Assembly: GCA_033764315.1 (NCBI GenBank)
Contig: JANRJA010000114.1
Coordinates: 1-12,587, forward strand
Source of the DNA: Oculatellaceae cyanobacterium bins.114
GTDB lineage: Bacteria > Cyanobacteriota > Cyanobacteriia > Elainellales > Elainellaceae
Direction: 5' to 3'
DNA length: 12,587 nt
The notes beneath the pieces were generated by a model. It was not told the origin of the DNA, made no database searches, and saw nothing but the letters and a program-made list of their open reading frames with translations. Shown here one piece after another: positions 7,696-12,587 of the stretch (positions are counted from its first letter, which is position 1; each line of letters starts with the position of its first letter). A program made the translations under genes and the position numbers.

Positions 7696-9390
7696 TTACC
7701 CGATCAGTTCAGCCGTCACCACTTTGCCCTCTTCGACAGGGAGACGGTGCGATCGCCGATGTAAAGCACTGTGAGGGAGCACCCGCAGCACTTCTTCGAC
7801 CGTGGTGATGCCACTGGTGACTTTGGCGATCGCAGCAATGCGAAATGACTCAAACTTGATCTCTTGCAAGTGGCGGTGCAATTGGGTCATTGTGCCCTCA
7901 TAGATCAACTGCCGGACGCGATCGTCTACGTTCAACAGTTCGATAATCGCTTCTCGACCAAAGTAGCCAGAGCTAAAACACTTAGAACACCCTCGTCCTC
8001 GTCGCCAGGTATCAGGGCTGGCGTGTTTTGGATGCAATTGCAAGATCTTTAAGTCTTTGTCAGTGGGGGTATAGGGTTCAGCACAGTGCGTACAGACCCT
8101 GCGAACAAGTCGTTGGGCAACAATACCTAATAGTGCATCGCTAATTAAACCCGGATCAGGCCCAATATCTTTGAGCCGAGGAATGGCACTCACCGCATCA
8201 TTTGTGTGTAGAGTTGTCAGCACCAGGTGCCCCGTCAGGGCAGCCCGAATGGCCGTTTCAGCCGTTTCAGCATCCCGAATCTCACCCAACATGATGATGT
8301 CAGGGTCTTGCCGCAAAATCGCTCGCAGTCCAGCCGCAAAGGTCATTCCAGCGGGTTCGTGTACCTGGGTTTGGGTAATGCGGGGCAGAATGTATTCCAC
8401 CGGGTCTTCAACGGTGACAACGTTGACATATTCGGTGGCGATCGTCTGCAAGCTTGTATAGAGCGTACTGGTTTTTCCAGACCCGGTTGGTCCCGTAAAA
8501 ATCACCATCCCCTGGGGCTGTTGTAACCAATGTTTATAAGTGGCTAGTGCTTTGGGGGTAAAACCCAGTTCATCCATACAGGTAAAGGGGTTTTCACGGG
8601 GTAGCAAGCGAATCACCGCTTTTTCACCCCCCACACAGGGCAACGTGCTGACTCGCATATCTAGCCCTAAATCACCCTCATGTCCAGCGGTATAGCGTTC
8701 CCCAATGCGGGCATCTTGAGGACGACGGCTCTCAGCGATGTCCATGTCAGACATGACCTTGAGAGCCACAATACAGCGACGGCTAATTTCGGGAGGCAAG
8801 GTTGTGATATCTCGCAAGATGCCATCAATGCGATAACGCACGCGCAAGCCCTCAGTCGTAGGCTCCAGGTGAATATCACTCGCCCGATTTCGCAGTGCTC
8901 CTGAAATAATGGTCTTGATTTTGCTGATCTGGTCGGCGGCTTTAGAGAGATAAAGCTCTGTCACCTCGGCAATGTTTTCTGCCTCGACCTCTCCAGTCAA
9001 GGGGTTGACAAGCGGGTTGGAACTAATGCGGTTTTCATCCAGATTATAGGTGTGATACCAGGCTCGATAGCTGCGATCGGCAATGGGAACAATCTTGATG
9101 TCAGTAAAGGTGCGATCGCCCAATTCGCGAACTTGTTCGGGTGGCAACGACACTGGGCTACCCAGGTAATAGCAATTGCGCCATAACAACAGCGGTACGA
9201 CCGGAGGCAAGAGGCTAGGGTCTGGAAACTCGCGCAAAAATCGATAACTGACTTCTCGATCAATCAAATAGAGATTGACCAATCCCTGTTCATTTACAAG
9301 CAGCTTAAGAGCCTGCTCACAGGTGATTTCGTTGTTTCGTAACCGCTTCCATGCTGACAAGACAACCGGAGAAGTCAGAGAGGTTTGCAT
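7696..9390 (-). CDS. GspE/PulE/PilB-family secretion/pilus assembly ATPase (stand-alone paralog)
   Basis: 564-aa ORF with ASDIHLEP, RYRIDG, Walker A GPTGSGKTSTLY, Asp box VEDPVE, Walker B region LRQDPDIIMLGEIRD, His box TGHLVLTTLHTND, AQRLVRR, and the tetracysteine Zn motif CTHC...CSKC. Confidence 0.92.
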   Translation of the reverse strand: MQTSLTSPVVLSAWKRLRNNEITCEQALKLLVNEQGLVNLYLIDREVSYRFLREFPDPSLLPPVVPLLLWRNCYYLGSPVSLPPEQVRELGDRTFTDIKIVPIADRSYRAWYHTYNLDENRISSNPLVNPLTGEVEAENIAEVTELYLSKAADQISKIKTIISGALRNRASDIHLEPTTEGLRVRYRIDGILRDITTLPPEISRRCIVALKVMSDMDIAESRRPQDARIGERYTAGHEGDLGLDMRVSTLPCVGGEKAVIRLLPRENPFTCMDELGFTPKALATYKHWLQQPQGMVIFTGPTGSGKTSTLYTSLQTIATEYVNVVTVEDPVEYILPRITQTQVHEPAGMTFAAGLRAILRQDPDIIMLGEIRDAETAETAIRAALTGHLVLTTLHTNDAVSAIPRLKDIGPDPGLISDALLGIVAQRLVRRVCTHCAEPYTPTDKDLKILQLHPKHASPDTWRRGRGCSKCFSSGYFGREAIIELLNVDDRVRQLIYEGTMTQLHRHLQEIKFESFRIAAIAKVTSGITTVEEVLRVLPHSALHRRSHRLPVEEGKVVTAELIG

Positions 9391-9600
9391 AGGACGATTG
9401 AATAAATCTCACGCTCCAGGAACGATCCTATCCAAGGACCTGTCCGTAGCTTACCCAATTTGTTGAGTTGCTGCACTAAGCCCCAAAATTTGTGAATCGT
9501 TTCAATATTTGCCTAGATGCGCGTCTAGTGTCCCTTGCAGTACTAAACTAAGTTTTGGCGTCTTTGACTCTCTACCCATCTCCGCGTGTAGATTTCACGA

Positions 9601-11307
9601 ATGAAGCTGCGCTCTTTTTTCTATGGTTTGGTTGCGATAGTGGTGGTGTTGCTGTCAATCAGTGTTGTAGGGTTCTACTGGCTGACAGCTCAAAACCCGT
9701 TGAGTTTGTTAAAGGGCGGAGGTCAAGCCAGTCCTGCGGCGGCCATTTTTGTATCGAAGCAAGCTCCAGCGATGGTTTCTCTGTTGGTCAATCCTGATCG
9801 GTTGGCTGCTTTTCGAGTGGCGATCGCCAACCCTGGTGAACGGCGACAAGCTAGAGCTGAGTTAGAGCAGTTAAAAGAAACCCTCTTAACCAAACGAGGC
9901 ATTCGCTATGAGCAAGATATTCAGCCGTGGTTGGGTGATGAAATCACGCTAGCGGTGACGACGCCAGACGTTGATCGAGATGAAGAGAACGGCAATCAAC
10001 CCGGTTATTTGTTGGCTATCGCAACGCGCAATCCTCAGCGATCGCGCGAGTTTTTGCAACTGTTTTGGCAGAAACGGGCGGTGGCTGGGGTTGATTTAAT
10101 GTTTGAGCAATATTCTGGGGTCAAGATTATTTATGGCAACCCCACCCAACTCGCTGCGGATGCGTCTTTTAATCTAGCCAGTGCTGTCGTGGGCGATCGC
10201 TTTGTGCTATTTGCCAATGACCCCAAAGTTTTGCGTGATGCAATTAACAATGTTCAGGCTCCCGATTTGAGTTTGAGCCGCAGCAGCACTTATCAGCAGG
10301 GATTAAAGCAACTGCCCGATCGCCAAATTGGGACGGTTTTTGTCAGCTTGCCCCACATGGGTGCCTGGTTGAGCGGCAGCCAATTTAATCTGACCGATGC
10401 CAGCGATGAAAATCTGCCCCATCTGTATGAAAGTTTAGTGGTTGCCCTAGAGTTAAACCCCAAAGGACTGGTGGCAGAAACCGCTTTATTGACTGCCCCA
10501 GGGCAACAATTAACACCCACAAAGCCCGTTTTGTCTGAGCCAGGGCAAGCGTTACAGTTCATTCCAGCGACCAGTTCTTTATCGGCTTCAGGCTCAAACC
10601 TTCAGCAGTTTTGGCAAGACGTCTCAACGGGGTTAGCCGATTACGGGGTCTTATCGGCTCTGATTGAGCGATCGCTGGCTCCTGTGGCTCAGCCATTAAA
10701 GGCAGAACCCACCGATTTGTTTAACTGGGTCAATCGAGAGTTTGCTCTGGGCTTGTTGCCAGCGTCTAACAAGAACCAATCAGAGTGGGTGTTTGTAGCT
10801 GAGCGATCGCCCAATACTGATAGTGCGATTGAGCGGTTTAATGCGATCGCTCAACAACAAGGACTGAGCACCGGGCCGCTCACCCTCAACGATCGCCCAA
10901 TTTACGCCTGGACAAAGCTCTCTACCCTCGCCAACGGTCGCAAACAAAAGTCTCCTACGGTGCAAGCTGAGGTGCAAGCGGTTCACACGACCGTTGACAA
11001 CTATGAGGTGTTTGCAACCTCTGTTGCGGCTCTCGATCAAGCTCTCAATGCGGCTAAAAATTCTTTGTTGAATAACGCTCAATTTGGCCAAGCGATCGCC
11101 ACAATTGACCCTGATAATGATGGCTACTTGTATGTGGATTGGCAGCATGTGCGCCATCTGGCTAGCCAACGCCTACCACTCTTGAAACTGACTGAAGTCG
11201 TTGCAAAGCCAGTGTTAGACCATGTGCGATCGCTGACGATTAGCAGTTATGGCAGTGAAACTAACGTGCGCCGAGGCACCGCTCTAATCCAACTGCAAAA
11301 CCCTTAA
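9601..11307 (+). CDS. DUF3352-like membrane-anchored protein
   Basis: 568-aa ORF with an N-terminal TM/signal anchor. Segments 'AAIFVSKQAPAMVSLLVNPDRL' and 'YEQDIQPWLGDEITLAV' are recognised from cyanobacterial DUF3352 proteins (from recall, not a search). Confidence 0.75.
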   Translation: MKLRSFFYGLVAIVVVLLSISVVGFYWLTAQNPLSLLKGGGQASPAAAIFVSKQAPAMVSLLVNPDRLAAFRVAIANPGERRQARAELEQLKETLLTKRGIRYEQDIQPWLGDEITLAVTTPDVDRDEENGNQPGYLLAIATRNPQRSREFLQLFWQKRAVAGVDLMFEQYSGVKIIYGNPTQLAADASFNLASAVVGDRFVLFANDPKVLRDAINNVQAPDLSLSRSSTYQQGLKQLPDRQIGTVFVSLPHMGAWLSGSQFNLTDASDENLPHLYESLVVALELNPKGLVAETALLTAPGQQLTPTKPVLSEPGQALQFIPATSSLSASGSNLQQFWQDVSTGLADYGVLSALIERSLAPVAQPLKAEPTDLFNWVNREFALGLLPASNKNQSEWVFVAERSPNTDSAIERFNAIAQQQGLSTGPLTLNDRPIYAWTKLSTLANGRKQKSPTVQAEVQAVHTTVDNYEVFATSVAALDQALNAAKNSLLNNAQFGQAIATIDPDNDGYLYVDWQHVRHLASQRLPLLKLTEVVAKPVLDHVRSLTISSYGSETNVRRGTALIQLQNP

Positions 11308-11503
11308 GCCATCAGAATTTCTAAATTTACGTATATTTGTACACTGTTCCTCTGATTCTGTGATTTCTTGATAAGTAAGATCACTGATTTTGCATGAGGA
11401 TTAGTCAATCGCCATTGGGTGTGGGTCAACAACACCCGCTCAACACCACGATCGGCGAAAAGGGCTGCGAAGATGACGCAAAAGGGAATGATCCAAACCT
11501 TCT

Positions 11504-11571
11504 CTTATCCTTCATCCTTTATCCTTGATCTTTTCTTATCCTTTATCCTTCATCCTTTATCTTCAATATCC
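11504..11571. repeat. Heptamer tandem repeat (TTYATCC), STRR-like
   Basis: CTTATCC TTCATCC TTTATCC TTGATCT ttt CTTATCC TTTATCC TTCATCC TTTATCT tca ATATCC. Short tandem heptamers are common in filamentous cyanobacteria. Confidence 0.85.
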
Positions 11572-11654
11572 TTCCCTCCTCACTCTTCCACCCCTTACTC
11601 ATTCACTTCTTTGTTCTCTGTCTGCTGTCCTAACTCCCTTGGAACCCAACTGTC

Positions 11655-12587
11655 ATGGTCAACCCTGTTATTACCGTCAATAATGCTGGAGATTTCGATG
11701 ATGGCGATCGCTCTAATAGCGTGACAACGCTGCGAGAAGCGATTCTCATTGCCAATACCCAAGCTGGTGATGATGCGATCGCTTTTACTTTTGCCGCACC
11801 TCAAACAATTACCCTGACTGGGTTGCTGCCCACTGTAACTAGCAATATTGCGTTTACAGGGACTGGGGCTAATAACCTGACCATTAGCGGCAACAATCAA
11901 TTTCAAGTCTTTTTTGTCAACGGTGGAAGCGTCAGTTTTGCCGATTTAACGATTGCTAACGGTCGTGCTCGCGGGGGCAATGGCAGCAGTCTCGGTGGCA
12001 GTGGCGGTGGCGGTGCAGCGGGTCTAGGGGGAGGTTTGCTGATCAATAACGGCGCAGTCACCATTAGCAACGTGACGTTTGCCGATAACCGAGCCATCGG
12101 GGGCAACGGCGGCAGTGCAGTGGCTGGCATCACAGCGGGCGGCGGTGGCGGGGGTGTAGGGGGCAACGGCGGCAACTTTGGAGGCAATGGCGGCAACTTT
12201 GGAGGCTTGGGAGGAATCAGTGTACCTGGCAATCCGGGCACTCCTGGGGGAGAGGGGGCCGGGGGCGGCGGCGGGTTTGGCGCAGGCGGGGGCGTTCAGG
12301 GTACGGGCGGCGGAAATGGTGGGTTTGCGGGTGGTGGTGGTGGCGGTGGCGGTAGTATTGGCGGCGGCAGTATTGGCGGTGATGGGGGATTTGGCGCAGG
12401 CGGGGGCGGTGGCGGCGCAGGATTTTTTGGCAATGCTGGCGGTCGAGGTGGTGAAGGTGGCAGCTTTGCAGGCAACGGGGGCACTGGCGATGCAGGAGGA
12501 GGCACCGGCGGGGGCGGCGGCGGCGCAGGGCTAGGGGGGGCTATCTTTGTGCGATCGGGGGCACTGACTCTCAATGGTGTCCGCTTT
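11655..12587 (+). CDS. Glycine-rich, CSLREA-like/Pmp-repeat extracellular protein (3'-truncated by the window edge)
   Basis: Hand translation from the ATG at 11655 is open for all 311 codons to the window end: MVNPVITVNNAGDFDDGDRSNSVTTLREAILIANTQAGDDAIAF...LTISGNNQFQVFFVN...GLGGGLLINNGAVTISNVTFADNRAIGGNGG...GLGGAIFVRSGALTLNGVRF. It is absent from the ORF track because there is no stop codon in the window. Confidence 0.88.
   Translation, partial: MVNPVITVNNAGDFDDGDRSNSVTTLREAILIANTQAGDDAIAFTFAAPQTITLTGLLPTVTSNIAFTGTGANNLTISGNNQFQVFFVNGGSVSFADLTIANGRARGGNGSSLGGSGGGGAAGLGGGLLINNGAVTISNVTFADNRAIGGNGGSAVAGITAGGGGGGVGGNGGNFGGNGGNFGGLGGISVPGNPGTPGGEGAGGGGGFGAGGGVQGTGGGNGGFAGGGGGGGGSIGGGSIGGDGGFGAGGGGGGAGFFGNAGGRGGEGGSFAGNGGTGDAGGGTGGGGGGAGLGGAIFVRSGALTLNGVRF

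Larger units (their letters stand above)
779..11782. repeat. HIP1 octamers (GCGATCGC), dispersed
   Basis: 22 exact copies counted by eye, starting at 779, 1630, 2724, 2884, 3119, 4043, 4389, 4534, 7249, 7749, 7826, 9112, 9820, 10038, 10193, 10668, 10803, 10843, 11092, 11226, 11704 and 11775. About 0.2 would be expected by chance. Confidence 0.95.

Noticed and set aside
9447..9455. NtcA-like site GTAGCTTAC
   Set aside because: Spacing is GTA-N3-TAC rather than GTA-N8-TAC. I found no correctly spaced NtcA box in the intergenic regions by eye.
11419..11906. ORFs 11419-11724 (+) and 11595-11906 (-)
   Set aside because: The first is mostly a read-through of the heptamer/pyrimidine tract. Both overlap the 11655 gene and show no recognisable motifs.
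11903..12574. Proline-rich minus-strand ORFs (11903-12241, 12296-12574) and the Ala-rich plus-strand ORF 12178-12534
   Set aside because: They are antisense or alternate-frame shadows of the GGN-rich codons of the real gene starting at 11655.

Overview
Cyanobacterial chromosomal window, judged from 22 hand-counted HIP1 GCGATCGC octamers and the gene content. It has six complete CDSs: a TVP38/TMEM64 (DedA) membrane protein, an acidic lipoprotein of unknown function, a CyaC-type hybrid adenylate cyclase (REC-GAF-GAF-HisKA-HATPase-REC-class III cyclase; start better placed at 5935 than at 6079), a GNAT acetyltransferase, a stand-alone GspE/PulE/PilB-family ATPase and a DUF3352-like protein. A seventh, 3'-truncated CDS (11655 to the window end) is missing from the ORF track. 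It encodes a CSLREA-like, glycine-rich, Pmp-repeat surface protein. The intergenic DNA is the most unusual part. Two small elements with terminal inverted repeats (TIRs; MITE-like) each sit in or next to a degenerate copy of the same GC-rich repeat. There are also a perfect 18-bp palindrome, an 18-bp-period direct repeat, a heptamer tandem array and a weak c-di-GMP-I-riboswitch-like motif. I see no clearly supportable new biological system. The best leads are the nested miniature elements and a speculative link between cyclic-nucleotide signalling and surface/pilus genes.
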